From contig OZ025659.1 of assembly GCA_964019335.1 (NCBI GenBank), forward strand, positions 310,001-374,000: a stretch of 64,000 nt of DNA, given 5' to 3'. The DNA comes from Diplonema japonicum (taxonomy: Eukaryota > Protista > Euglenozoa: Diplonemea). The position numbers were made by a program, and so were the translations under genes. The notes below the pieces were generated by a model. It saw nothing but the letters and a program-made list of their open reading frames with translations. It was not told the DNA's origin and searched no databases. Every line of letters starts with the position of its first letter. Position 1 is the first letter of the stretch. Below, piece by piece: positions 10,760 through 21,787 of this stretch.

Positions 10760-11352
10760 TTTGCCTGTGTTGTATTAGAGTACGGGGGGAAATTAATAAT
10801 TAATTAATAAACATGCGCAAAAGAAGTTTTAAGCCGAAAGGGAGAAAGCCGTCTGAAGTGTCATCCACCCTTCCAGACTATCTTCGGCATTAGTCAACCT
10901 CTTGTCTGTAATAGAAGCATCGGGAAGGATGAGAATTTGGGTAACTTATTTCTGCTCAATGTTTACATGTGGTCAGTCGAAGGAATCGACGATCAAAGTA
11001 GACAAGCAAAGCCCATGATGGCCTTTGGCCAAGCCACTGGCTGGATCGGTGTCGTGTAGCCTTGCGTAATACAGGTACTTTGACAACCAGAAACAGCACT
11101 GCGGTGCGGATATGTAAGGAAGAAAAGGGTAGGGAAGGAGGGGGAGCAATGTACATTTCATAAGAAAAAAAAGCTTCTGTTTTTATTTTTATTTTTATTT
11201 TTAATTTTTTTTTTTATCCGGGTCCACCTCTCGTCTCGTAGCAACTGACAGCCACGAGTCACGGCCGATGGAACCGAAAGAAAATAAAGATTTTGTAATT
11301 TATAGTTTCTCCTCCCCTCGTAATCATTTAACGATATCATAAGAATAAAGGG

Positions 11353-11703
11353 TTACACCCCATACGGTTCCTGCTTGGTGCCGTTGGCAGGAACGGGCTG
11401 CTGAGCCGGTTGTGCGTAGCCCTAGTGTGTTGTTGTTAAAAAGTAGTCTATTTTTTTACTCATCATACTTGCTGTGCAACGACTGGTTGTTCCTTTGGGA
11501 CAGGTGTGTAGCACAAGTTGATACACCCGTTGATAGGCCAGATGGTGAAGCACCCAATCCAGCAGCAGACGGCCTTTGTTGTACTTTGCATTTTACACGA
11601 AAAGGTAACATACCATGCAACTGCACCCCTCGATCTCCATCACTGCACAGGGAGGGCAGCAGCACCTGTAGCATCCACTTTGCTGTGGTTGCGGCTGGGC
11701 CAT
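11353..11703 (-). CDS. Cys-rich Pmp3/RCI2-like proteolipid, copy A (introns 11574-11613, 11422-11468)
   Basis: Spliced: MAQPQPQQSGCYRCCCPPCAVMEIEGCSCM|AVCCWIGCFTIWPINGCINLCYTPVPKEQPVVAQQ|GYAQPAQQPVPANGTKQEPYGV*. Collinear with the paralogues that lack intron 1. Confidence 0.85.
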
Positions 11704-12075
11704 TTTTTTTATTTTTTTTTTTTTTATTCGTTAGTTTCTGTAGTGATAGTCAAGCAGAGGTGCATGCCGTTTAGTAAGATCAAAGAAGTTAGAACATTTC
11801 GTGCAATGACTCCTCCACCCCCATCTTCAGGCAGACGGGAAGTGGCGTTCGTCAATAATTCACCCGTTTCCCGAGGTGATCAAATAGAAATTAAAAGGGG
11901 GGAAGAAACAAATAAGCAAAAGAGTGAAACAGTACTCCACTTCGCATCGGCAAAGCTTCAAGAAGAATCAATAAATTACCTAGTAAGTAAATAGCAACAC
12001 AATGGACACTGCGGCAATGTAGAATTTTCTACTTGTTTTTATATTTTATTTTTTCGCTGTCTTTGGCTTGCGAGT

Positions 12076-12384
12076 TTAGACACCGTATGGCTCCTCCTTG
12101 TTGGCGCCCACAGGAGCGGGTCCTTGGGCTGGTTGAGGCTGAGCAGGCTGGGCCTGGCCAGTGTACCCCTGTGGTGTTGTGAACAACTTGAATACTCACC
12201 ATACCTGCTGGGCAACTGCCTTGGGCTTGGCATCATAGCAGCAGCAGTTGACGAAGCCGTTGATGGGCCAGGTCAAGAAGCACGAGATCCAACAGCAGAC
12301 AGCCATACCACTGCACCCCTCAATCTCCATCACAGCGCAGGGTGCGCAGCAACATTTGAAAATCGAAGACTGTTGCTGGGACAT
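12076..12384 (-). CDS. Cys-rich Pmp3/RCI2-like proteolipid, copy B (intron 12169-12204)
   Basis: MSQQQSSIFKCCCAPCAVMEIEGCSGMAVCCWISCFLTWPINGFVNCCCYDAKPKAVAQQ|GYTGQAQPAQPQPAQGPAPVGANKEEPYGV*. Confidence 0.85.
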
Positions 12385-12929
12385 TTATTTTCTTCTTTTT
12401 TTTTTTTGTGTTGTTGGTGAATAACTGAGATACTTGATTGGTGGGCCACAGGAGGCAATAAACAGAACGAGAAAGGGAGGGAAACGGTGTGCAGCATGCA
12501 ACGAAATGTAATATAATCCCAAATTGAAAGCAACCGAGAACACACTCCATCAAGACAGAGCATCTCAAGAAGGAGGGAACCGAGACTTGTCTCACTTACT
12601 TTCAACCAGCATGCCAGAATGTAACTCAGACGGTAAAAGAGAAAGGGAACAAGCTATCGTAGTGCAACACTCCGATGGTTTGGTAAATAATTTATATAAG
12701 TGTCACTCTATGGGCAGGAGCAACGTTGCTGGCGCTCAGCGATAGAAGTCGAGTTCCGGAGAAATTGGTGATCGAAACTTCTACCGTGATGGGCGCTAGA
12801 GGGCCAAAAGGGGGGAAAAGAAAAGGGGACGGGAGATCGGGGTGAATTGAGTCAGAGTCAAGTAAAGACGTTTATCCTTTTTCTTTCTCTACACCTTCCT
12901 CCCTTATGATCGCTGTCTTTTTCTTTTTC

Positions 12930-12979
<50 letters not shown>

Positions 12980-13108
12980 ATTTTATTTGGATCACAAACA
13001 GATATCACAACATGACATTGGCAAAGATTTATTTTAATTTACTCATAGCAACTTTTCCTTCTTGTTCTTCTCTCGGATTCTTGCGATAGTAACACCCGCA
13101 CGGTCTCA

Positions 13109-13342
13109 CTAGTTGCCGTTGTACCCCTGTGGTGTTGTGAACAACTTGAATACTCTCCATACCTGCTGGGCAACTGCCTTGGGCTTGGCATCATAGCAGC
13201 AGCAGTTGACGAAGCCGTTGATGGGCCAGGTCAAGAAGCACGTAATCCAACAGCAGACAGCCATACCACTGCACCCCTCAATCTCCATTACAGCGCAGGG
13301 CGCGCAGAAGCACTTGTAGATCGAAGACTGTTGCTGGGACAT
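13109..13342 (-). CDS. Cys-rich proteolipid, copy C, short tail (intron 13127-13162)
   Basis: Near-identical to copy B up to AQQ. A 36-nt in-frame intron follows, then GYNGN*. Confidence 0.8.
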   Translation of the reverse strand: MSQQQSSIYKCFCAPCAVMEIEGCSGMAVCCWITCFLTWPINGFVNCCCYDAKPKAVAQQVWRVFKLFTTPQGYNGN

Positions 13343-14039
13343 TTTTTTTTCCTTTTTTTTTTCTTCTTTTTTTGAATAACTGAGATACTTGATTGGTGGT
13401 CACAGGGGCAATAAACAGAAAAACGAGAAGATAAAGAGATTTTAAAAGAGAGAGAAAAATAAATAACTTGTCGTTTTGGTTTGCAAAAGTGCGAGAGCCT
13501 AATAAGGTAGGTTATTTGCTCGGCACAAGGCTAAGTTCTAGTTATCATTTTTGCTCAGATTGCATTTGGATAAAAAAAAATGAAATGTAATGTACTCTAA
13601 AATGAAAGCAATCGAGAACACCCAAGCCAACGTGCTCCATCTCAAGACGGGAAATGCAACCTCGCTTTACAATGTCTCGCTTTACTTTCAGACTGAGTGT
13701 TGCAATACGATGTGAACACATAGTAGAAGGGAGGAGGGGGGTCACTAGTCATGTTGTCACCAGTGGGCAGGCAACATGGACTACTGGACAGTAAGGCATT
13801 CCATGGGTAGGAATAAAGTGCGGTGGGATAGAAATGGAGTCTGGTTCTCAAGCAGTGCTGCAAGAGAACTTGACGATTGATGTTTTCTGTGGTGACAGAA
13901 GTAAACAAAAAGAACAACTGAGGATATCGAATGGATTGTATGAAAAGCAAGAGTTTATCCTTGCTGGCTTCCCTATTCCTTGATCACAAACAGACATCAA
14001 AACATAACATTGGCTATATATTTATATTGTATCCTTGTG

Positions 14040-14076
<37 letters not shown>

Positions 14077-14092
14077 CCCTTCTCCCCAGATA

Positions 14093-14326
14093 CTAGTTGC
14101 CGTTGTACCCCTGTGGTGTTGTGAACAACTTGAATACTCTCCATACCTGCTGGGCAACTGCCTTGGGCTTGGCATCATAGCAGCAGCAGTTGACGAAGCC
14201 GTTGATGGGCCAGGTCAAGAAGCACGAGATCCAACAGCAGACAGCCATACCACTGCACCCCTCAATCTCCATCACAGCGCAGGGCGCGCAGAAGCACTTG
14301 TAGATCGAAGACTGTTGCTGGGACAT
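14093..14326 (-). CDS. Cys-rich proteolipid, copy D, short tail (intron 14111-14146)
   Basis: Near-identical to copy C; ends GYNGN*. Confidence 0.8.
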   Translation of the reverse strand: MSQQQSSIYKCFCAPCAVMEIEGCSGMAVCCWISCFLTWPINGFVNCCCYDAKPKAVAQQVWRVFKLFTTPQGYNGN

Positions 14327-15636
14327 CTTTTTTTTCTTCTTTTCGTGTGTGGTTGAGCTGATGATTGTTAAGAGGAGTGCAAAGCATAGTGTGGATTGAA
14401 TTCAAAACAACTACTTGCGACTTCTTATCGCAACAAATGGTTCTGCCTCCCTGCTGCAGACCGTTGTTGTGACCCCTAAGGAGATACTTTAATCATCCGA
14501 AACGGTGAACCGCTGTTTGTGCAACTCAGGGAACTTGCGGTACTGTTTTTACAAGCTCCGAAGTCTCAAAATTCTGAAGTAGATTTCCCCAGAAAAATGT
14601 TGGGGTGTCCGACCTGAGACTCACCAATGATATAGAATGCTTATTCAGAAGAGGTCACTGGTTATATGTGTACAAAAGGTGAATGAAAAATGCAATAATA
14701 GTTATTTTATAGAACCACTTGAAAACCCGGTTCCTCGAAGATCCGGAGGGGAAAGGGGGTCTGAGAGTGCAATTTGGCATTTGATCCTAAAGCTGTGAAA
14801 GAGCTTGTATGTCTAGAATCGCCAAACTTCTGCGCCAACGCAGATAGCACAATGTCAGTGGAGACACACCCAATGATTTTGAAAGCGAGAGTTCGATTTC
14901 GGGTTGTTGAAGCTGCTTTTATTCTTTCAAAAAAAAAAAAACCCCTCCACCCAATTAGGTTTTTGTATGAAAAAATGCGAGTGAATATAAAAAGAAAAAG
15001 AAAAGGAAAAATAACAGAAAGTCAGTGCAACTGAGGAGGAAAAGAGGCAGGGCGAACAAAGGAAACGAAGAGAGAACGAAGGGGAAGGGGGGGTTGCGCA
15101 CCAAGAAGACAAATATGTGTCGCGATATCAATAATGACCGAAGTATTGAAGACACCGTCTTACAGGTGTTGCACAAAATGTTGAAAGTAGCCAGAATGGG
15201 AGAACATAGAGTAAATCATCGTGATAAGCTAGATACGCAGGGGGGAGGGGGCACATCCTACTTCTTTGCATCTTGCAAATCAAAGAAGCAACACAGGCAG
15301 ACAGATACTGGCAGGAACAAACAAAACAAGAAGACAAGTAGGGAATGTATAGAATATATGAGCTCATCCAGCATGTTTTTGAACACACATTTATAATAAA
15401 ACAAACAGCATGCATTGTGACCTAATGTTCAAGCTTTGGACATCCAGTCTGCACACAAGTGCTATATTTGTTGACATTCTTTTCTGGACAAGCTCATCTT
15501 AAATTTCAGCTCCCAATTGTTGCCTGCTGAACACTTGACAAGACTTGAGGCTACAAGAGTCTATTTTGATTTTTCTTTCTTTTTTTTTTTTTTTTTCATT
15601 TTCCTTTTTTTGTTTCTCTGGAACACAACACAAGGC

Positions 15637-16000
15637 TTATACCCCATATGGCTGCGGTCGTGTACTGCTCGGAGGGGCAGGAGGGGCGCTGGGGGTAGGA
15701 TGATGAGAGTTGTACTGCACTGGTTGTGTCACTGGTTGACCAGTGATAGGCTGAGAATACCCCTAGATGCATCTTCACAAGGTTTTGGCCATACTTGCTG
15801 TGCAACAACTGGTTGCTTTGGGACTGGTGTGTAGCACAGGTTGATGAAGCCGTTGATAGGCCAGACAGTGAAGCAAGCAATCCAGCAGCAGACGGCCTTT
15901 GTTGTACTTTGCATTTTACACGAAAAGGTAACATACCATGCCACTGCAACCTTCAATCTCCATCACTGCACAGGGAGGGCAGCAGCACCTGTAACATCCA
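15637..16000 (-). CDS. Cys-rich proteolipid, copy E, 5' end in gap (introns 15897-15936, 15763-15794)
   Basis: ...GCYRCCCPPCAVMEIEGCSGM|AVCCWIACFTVWPINGFINLCYTPVPKQPVVAQQ|GYSQPITGQPVTQPVQYNSHHPTPSAPPAPPSSTRPQPYGV*. Confidence 0.85.
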
Positions 16001-16200
16001 NNNNNNNNNNNNNNNNNNNNNNNNNNNNNNNNNNNNNNNNNNNNNNNNNNNNNNNNNNNNNNNNNNNNNNNNNNNNNNNNNNNNNNNNNNNNNNNNNNNN
16101 NNNNNNNNNNNNNNNNNNNNNNNNNNNNNNNNNNNNNNNNNNNNNNNNNNNNNNNNNNNNNNNNNNNNNNNNNNNNNNNNNNNNNNNNNNNNNNNNNNNN
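16001..16200. other. Assembly gap (200 N) coinciding with the strand switch
   Basis: Run of N. Both flanking genes are cut at their 5' ends. Confidence 0.99.
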
Positions 16201-16201
16201 A

Positions 16202-18284
16202 GCCGCTAACGAGGGACAGACGTTGTATCGTTGGCTATGTACATCTGCAAGCAACACCTGCCCTCCAATCTTCCCAACGGCGTGGGCCGCGTCATCTTTA
16301 TACATATTCTCAAGCCCTCCTGCGGAAACACTATTATTTTATTTAGAAATGAAGAAAGAGTCATTAGTCGGAGCTGCCGAGCGCACGGTCACTTCTGCAC
16401 CATTGGAACTAGTTTTTGTAACACAGATCCAGCCTGTGATACCTGTTAGTATTGCGTGCTTTGACTGCATGCCAACAGCTGTTGTTGCATCGGACAGATT
16501 CACCCTCAAAGTGACTGCAAACTCGAGTACCGCAAACCTTGCTTACGAATGGCAGCCACCCACTGGTGTTGAGTTCGCTATAGACAGCACTAGACAGTAT
16601 ATCACTGTCAAAGAAATGCAACTCGCCCCATCTTCTACCTATGCTTTCACTGTCAAGGTTTCTTCATCTTTTTCGAGATCCGGTTTAGCAACAATCTACA
16701 TCACAACAACACCGCAGCCTATCAAGTATGCTTGCAATTCACACACCATACACCTACAGGGGCACTTGTGCAGTGGATCCCCTTGCAGGTGTCGCACGTG
16801 ACACCTTATTTGAGATCAGTTGTTCGGGGTGGCAGTGTCCTGGGTCAGTGAATCCGGTAGCTTTCAGGTTCAGGACTAAAGAAATGGGATGGCTGGGGGC
16901 AGGCTACCACCATGAACCTAGGATCAGCAGCGTAATGCTAGATGGAAGTGGCATAGTTGGTCTTGAAGGTGTCGCTAAGTGTGATGGGATGGAGGTATCG
17001 GTACCTGTCATGCAGGTTCAAGTACAGAATGAGGGATTAGGCAACGAGGCCCGTATGAAGGAGAAGCTCTACACTGCTGTGCGCTACGGAAACATGGTTA
17101 CCGCTCTGAGATATCTCAGACTGGCTGCCAGTGCAGGACTAGATGGCGTGTTTGATGCACAAAACCTCACGAGTACATTTTTATCCCTGCGACAAGATGT
17201 AAACACCAAAGAAGAAGCAACGGATATGATAGCTACGGCATTTGCATTATCCAGAAGACTGGCAGCTGTCAGCGAGACATCTGCGCAACAACTTCTTGAC
17301 AATGTGAACGGATACCTTACATCCAGCATCAAGGCCAACTTTAATGTCGCGAGAGCTGCTATGGTTCACTGCATTGCCATTGTACAGGCTGCCATCGAGG
17401 ACTTGAACAGCAATCTCTTCCCCATCCTTAGAAGCATCGTTTTGAACCTCCAAAACAGGGCGAACCCTACTCTTTCCCCCACAGACCAGGGACTTGAGAT
17501 ATCAAATAAGGACATCGGCATGTCAGTAATGAAAGTCACATCAAGCAGCAGCGAAACGAAGCTGAACAGCTTGGGGTGGGGGGTCGCCGCACCGTTTGGT
17601 TTCATTAATTCCCTCAGCGGCGAAGCAGGGTACACCATCATGTCATCGTTGTGGGGGTTTTACCCATATGACATGCCACAAGACACTCGTATCAAGACAT
17701 GGTACCTTACTTTGCATGTTTCCGAGTTAAGCTCAGATGCACTAGTAACGGACTTTTCCACGAAACCGATAAGAATCACTATTCCGCTGAAGCCATTAGC
17801 CGAAGAGGTCACTCCTGTGTATTTTGATGTGGTACAAAAGAATTGGTCTTCAAAAGGACTGACCCCTGTGGACTTATTTACCGACGCGAATGTGGGGAAG
17901 AGGGTGATGGTATTTGATACCACGCACACAACTGACTTTGCAGGAAGCGTCACTAGCACGAATGTGACTGTGGTAGGAGGGTCAAGCGACGACTCAGCGA
18001 CGTCGCTTGTGTGGATCATCCTCGCTGTGGGGCTAGTGGCATGCTGCTGTTGCATCGCAATTGTGTTGTTGATCACGAGACGGGCAAGAAACAAAGAACA
18101 AGAAAAAGAACTCAGCACACCTTCTGAAACGCAGTTAGAAGTCTACCCCCACGACCCCGATGCCGCCAACCCAATCGCTGCCCTCTTCCCTCCCCCTGAT
18201 GACAACGTGAAGGACCCTCCCTCATCTCCTCGTTCCGTTGTGTACCCCAGCAACGCTCGCGTGCTCGAAGTTGGCGAGGAGTAA
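16202..18284 (+). CDS. Polycystin-1-like REJ + GPS single-pass membrane protein, 5' truncated (intron 16726-16759)
   Basis: Splicing restores the REJ motif PIKGTCAVDPLAGVARDTLFEISCSGW. GPS-like WSSKG...FDTTHTTDF precedes a single TM LVWIILAVGLVACCCCIAIVLLI. Confidence 0.8.
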
Positions 18285-18425
18285 AAAGTACAAATAGTTA
18301 TTCTTATGTTCCATCGATTCAAACATCTATTGTGACACATGCAGGGTGTTAGAAGTATTATTCAAATTTGTTATTTCAACTACACATTCGTTACCGCAAT
18401 ACACAAAGGTGGGTGGAGGTGGGAG

Positions 18426-19793
18426 ATGAGCATATTCCGATTCGAGCTGACACAAGCGGAGCTCGAGGACACGCCTTCAAGGCGGTCTGGCGTTAATATA
18501 GAAGTTGAGGCTGAGCAGCGAGCTTGTGGATGTGACATCATCTTGGACTCGGGAATCCTACTGGGTTTGCCGATGATTGTGATGGCTCGCGCTCAGGTAC
18601 TTTTACAAAGATTTTATTTTGTCCAATCACTAACCCGTTTTGACGTTACAGTAGTGGCCATCGCCACTTTGTTCCTCGCCACAAAGCTTGAGGAAGACTG
18701 CCACCGCAAAGTCCGTCAAGTAGTAACTGTGTTCCAGCGTGTGTGCATTCGACGTGCTGGTATCACAGCTGATTCGGCGTGTCTTCCGGCTATTGATGTG
18801 GGTTCTGATCTGTACTTCAAGATACGAGTATGTTTCACAATACTGCTATCGACACACCTAGGCGACCCTCATGGAAATCGAACACAGCGTCCTCAGCAGT
18901 CTTCGCTTTATTACACACGTTGACAACCCTCACAAGGTATGAATCCCTTTTCCAAGAATAAGATGAACCCCAGTGCTTGGTATTCAATCACTTGTAGGAC
19001 TACCTGCATGCTGCTTTGGATGCATTTATGTGTCAGCATGGTTCTTTTGTTTTTAGTCAAACATTTCACACAGTACGTCTTGTTCTTCTGTAGAATGCTG
19101 CTACCCGGTGCTGCAGGATGGGCCACAGGAAAGGATTTGGCACAGGTTTCTTGGTCTTTAGTGAATGACTCTCTGAGGACTACTTTGTGTTGTAGGTTCC
19201 CTTCTACAGTGATAGCTACAGCTGCAATATTCCTTGCGGCTCGAAAGGTGAAGATGACACTCCCCAGCAGCGAGTGGTGGCGCCTCTTTGACACAGAGAC
19301 CGTTGACCTGATCGAAGCAGCCAAAGGTCTGAACGAGGCACAGCTGATTCAGAAACCCGTTTACACGAAGCTGTGCAGTGATACGGGTTTCCCTTCCGAG
19401 TTTTACGAAGCATTCAGCAAAGCTAACATCGATAAGGCTGAGCAAAAGGCAGAACGGAACAATAAGCGCTGTTCAAGTGCAAGTTCGTCAAGTTCATCGT
19501 CTTCTTCGTCTTCGAGAAGAAAGAGACAACGAAGGGACAGAAATAGGGATAGGAGCAGAGGCAGAGATCGGGACAGGAGTGATCGGCGAGACAGAAGAGA
19601 CAGAGATAATAACAGGGATAGGGATAGGAACAGGGATAGGAACAGAGACAGAGACAGGGACAGAGACAGGAACAGAGACAGAGACAGGAACAGAGACAGA
19701 GACAGGAACAGAGACAGAGACAGAGACAGGGACAGGGACAGAGACAGGGATAGGGACCGAAAGCACTCCCGGAGTGAAAGGAACAGAAGATAG
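18426..19793 (+). CDS. CCNL: Cyclin L with RD/RS tail (introns 18828-18861, 18937-19073)
   Basis: Motifs TPSRRSG, AQVLLQRFYFVQS, LATKLEE, spliced FITHVDNPHK|YVLFF, WSLVNDSLRT and IFLAAR. C-terminal RD dipeptide repeats. Confidence 0.92.
19530..19760 (+). repeat. Coding hexamer microsatellite (AGAGAC/AGGGAC) encoding RD/RN repeats
   Basis: Tandem gacaga/gacagg units in frame within cyclin L. Confidence 0.9.
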
Positions 19794-19882
19794 CAGTCAC
19801 AATAGTGTGATCCGTTCGTACAGCATCAAGTAAGTATATCAGTCTTTTGCTTTTCAACTTCACATTTTTTCTTCAGGCGCAC

Positions 19883-20491
19883 ATGCAAATTCCAGAAGCC
19901 TTAGGCTATGTCTCCACAATCGCGTTCTTTCTTCAGTATTTACCACAGATGAAGAAGAACTACGACAGACAGTCCACGGAAGGGTTCTCCGTGTGGGGTG
20001 TTGCGGTGAAGCTGGTGGGGGCGGCGTTTATGTTTGCGAATTACTTGCTGGAATGGGAGGAAGGGTTCGTGGTGCTTTATGCGTTGATTAATATGTTCCA
20101 ATACCTGACCTTGATAGCACAGGATGCACATTACGAAAAACGGAAAGCAAGCAAAATGCTTTTATTGATGCCCTTGCCCGTGTTCTCTGTTGCTCTGGTG
20201 TTGCCTGTGGCACGTCCAGTAACCACTGGGATCAAACCGATCTCACAAGTTGTCTCGCATCTCTTCTTCCTCTATGAGTGCATCATGATTAGTAGTGTCC
20301 GTGGTGTGTCGCTCACTTCGCACGCGCTGAACATGTTTGGTGGTGTGACAGGCCTCGTTGCCTGCTTATACCTCCCTCCCAAGTCTTCCTGGACCATCTG
20401 GTTGTACATTAACTCCATGCTCCAAGCCTCTACCATTTTCCTCCTGTGGTGGTGGTACCCTACACACTCGTCCGAGAATTCACACTTGTGA
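19883..20491 (+). CDS. PQ-loop membrane transporter
   Basis: FFLQYLPQMKKNYDRQSTEGFS plus a second repeat SSVRGVSL. Several TM helices. Acceptor ttcttcag just upstream. Confidence 0.88.
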   Translation: MQIPEALGYVSTIAFFLQYLPQMKKNYDRQSTEGFSVWGVAVKLVGAAFMFANYLLEWEEGFVVLYALINMFQYLTLIAQDAHYEKRKASKMLLLMPLPVFSVALVLPVARPVTTGIKPISQVVSHLFFLYECIMISSVRGVSLTSHALNMFGGVTGLVACLYLPPKSSWTIWLYINSMLQASTIFLLWWWYPTHSSENSHL

Positions 20492-20569
20492 CCTCTAGCT
20501 CTTTAATGTAATATTTTTTTTAGATACTTCGGCAATTGCATATTACTTAGTAATTACAACACACCAGAA

Positions 20570-21265
20570 ATGGGTCTTCTTGCCAGCAAATGCGTTGCGA
20601 CAGAGAAGAGGATGCTCACGAATGGCAGTGAATTCCCTATTCTGTACTTAAGATTCAAGACCAGTACTCCCCTTGCCAAAGACACAAAGTACATCAAACT
20701 GCTCAATGGGTGCGGGGCCAAGAGCTACAGCCCCATGGATGCGACAGAGGACGGTTTCAGTTTAGCCGTGAAGCTGTACAAAGGTGGTAAGATGTCGGAA
20801 ATGCTGCGGGTAGTGGAAGTGGGTGACTCATTGTCGTACTTCGACCCCGGGAAGAAGCAGGTGGGAAAGAAGGGCGAAAGCGTGGGAGTATTGGCGATGG
20901 GGATTGGAATCACGTCTGCCCTCTCCGCTGTCGAAAGAGAGCTAGCTGCTAGGACTAGGAAGAAAATCGTTTTGTTGTTTGCCAACAGAACGAAAGAGGA
21001 TGAGGTATTTCTGGACAGGATTGCTGACCTTGAGCACAAGCATGAAAATTTTAGCTACGTGCGTGTCCTGTCTCGCGAAAAGCAGCCCAGTGCAGATCCC
21101 CACATCCACAACGGCCGCCTCGATAAGGACTTCCTTGAAACCACATTCCGTTCGTGGGACCCAAAGGCCTCCCTCTTCCATGTTGTTGGCTCCAAACCTC
21201 AAATATCTTCCATCAAGAAACTACTAGGAGACTTTTTCCACACACCCATCACCACCCTCTACTGA
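20570..21265 (+). CDS. FNR-like FAD/NAD(P) oxidoreductase (cytochrome b5 reductase-like)
   Basis: Motifs KSYSP, VKLYKGGKMSE, LAMGIGIT and LLFANRT. Possible N-myristoylation site MGLLAS. Confidence 0.85.
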   Translation: MGLLASKCVATEKRMLTNGSEFPILYLRFKTSTPLAKDTKYIKLLNGCGAKSYSPMDATEDGFSLAVKLYKGGKMSEMLRVVEVGDSLSYFDPGKKQVGKKGESVGVLAMGIGITSALSAVERELAARTRKKIVLLFANRTKEDEVFLDRIADLEHKHENFSYVRVLSREKQPSADPHIHNGRLDKDFLETTFRSWDPKASLFHVVGSKPQISSIKKLLGDFFHTPITTLY

Positions 21266-21787
21266 GGTTGGATAGAAAGGCAGGTGATAAGCAGGAAACA
21301 CATGTACCCCCCATTCTTACCGCGGCAAGAATATGTGATCAGGCTGTCGTTTATTTTACAACTGGGAAGCAAATAGGCCTTGTTGTCGCCATCTTAGCCC
21401 TTACACCACGCCATCATATCAACGCTTACACTTGGAGCAATAATTTATTACCGTTTCAACGATGTATTTCAGAGCGAATCAAACAAAATAAGAATCCGAC
21501 CTGTTTTTCCTTTTTTTTTTCGCCTTTGCTTTGAAACGGCACCTCCCTCCTTATTTGTTTTATTCTCCACATTCCTACCTCTCTTCTTTTTCTGCGTTTT
21601 CTTTTTCTTTTTCTTTTTTTTTTTTTTTTTTACATGTGTGAACGCCTTTTACAGTGATATTATCGCATCCTCCCTTAAACTCTTTTTTTTTCTTCCTTAC
21701 TTCCCAATATTCTTTCCGCTTACCTAACTTTAGTATTTTTTATATACATTTTTTTCGATGCCAAACTATCTTACTCATCGCAGAAGC

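Noticed and set aside
10848-10857. GCCGTCTGAA (Neisseria DNA uptake sequence)
   Set aside because: A single 10-mer in eukaryotic DNA, compatible with chance.
15990-16210. Divergent strand-switch region as a promoter
   Set aside because: The switch falls in an N gap with both genes truncated, so orientation and content cannot be judged.
19530-19760. CRISPR-like or non-coding repeat array
   Set aside because: It has no spacers and is the in-frame RD tail of cyclin L.
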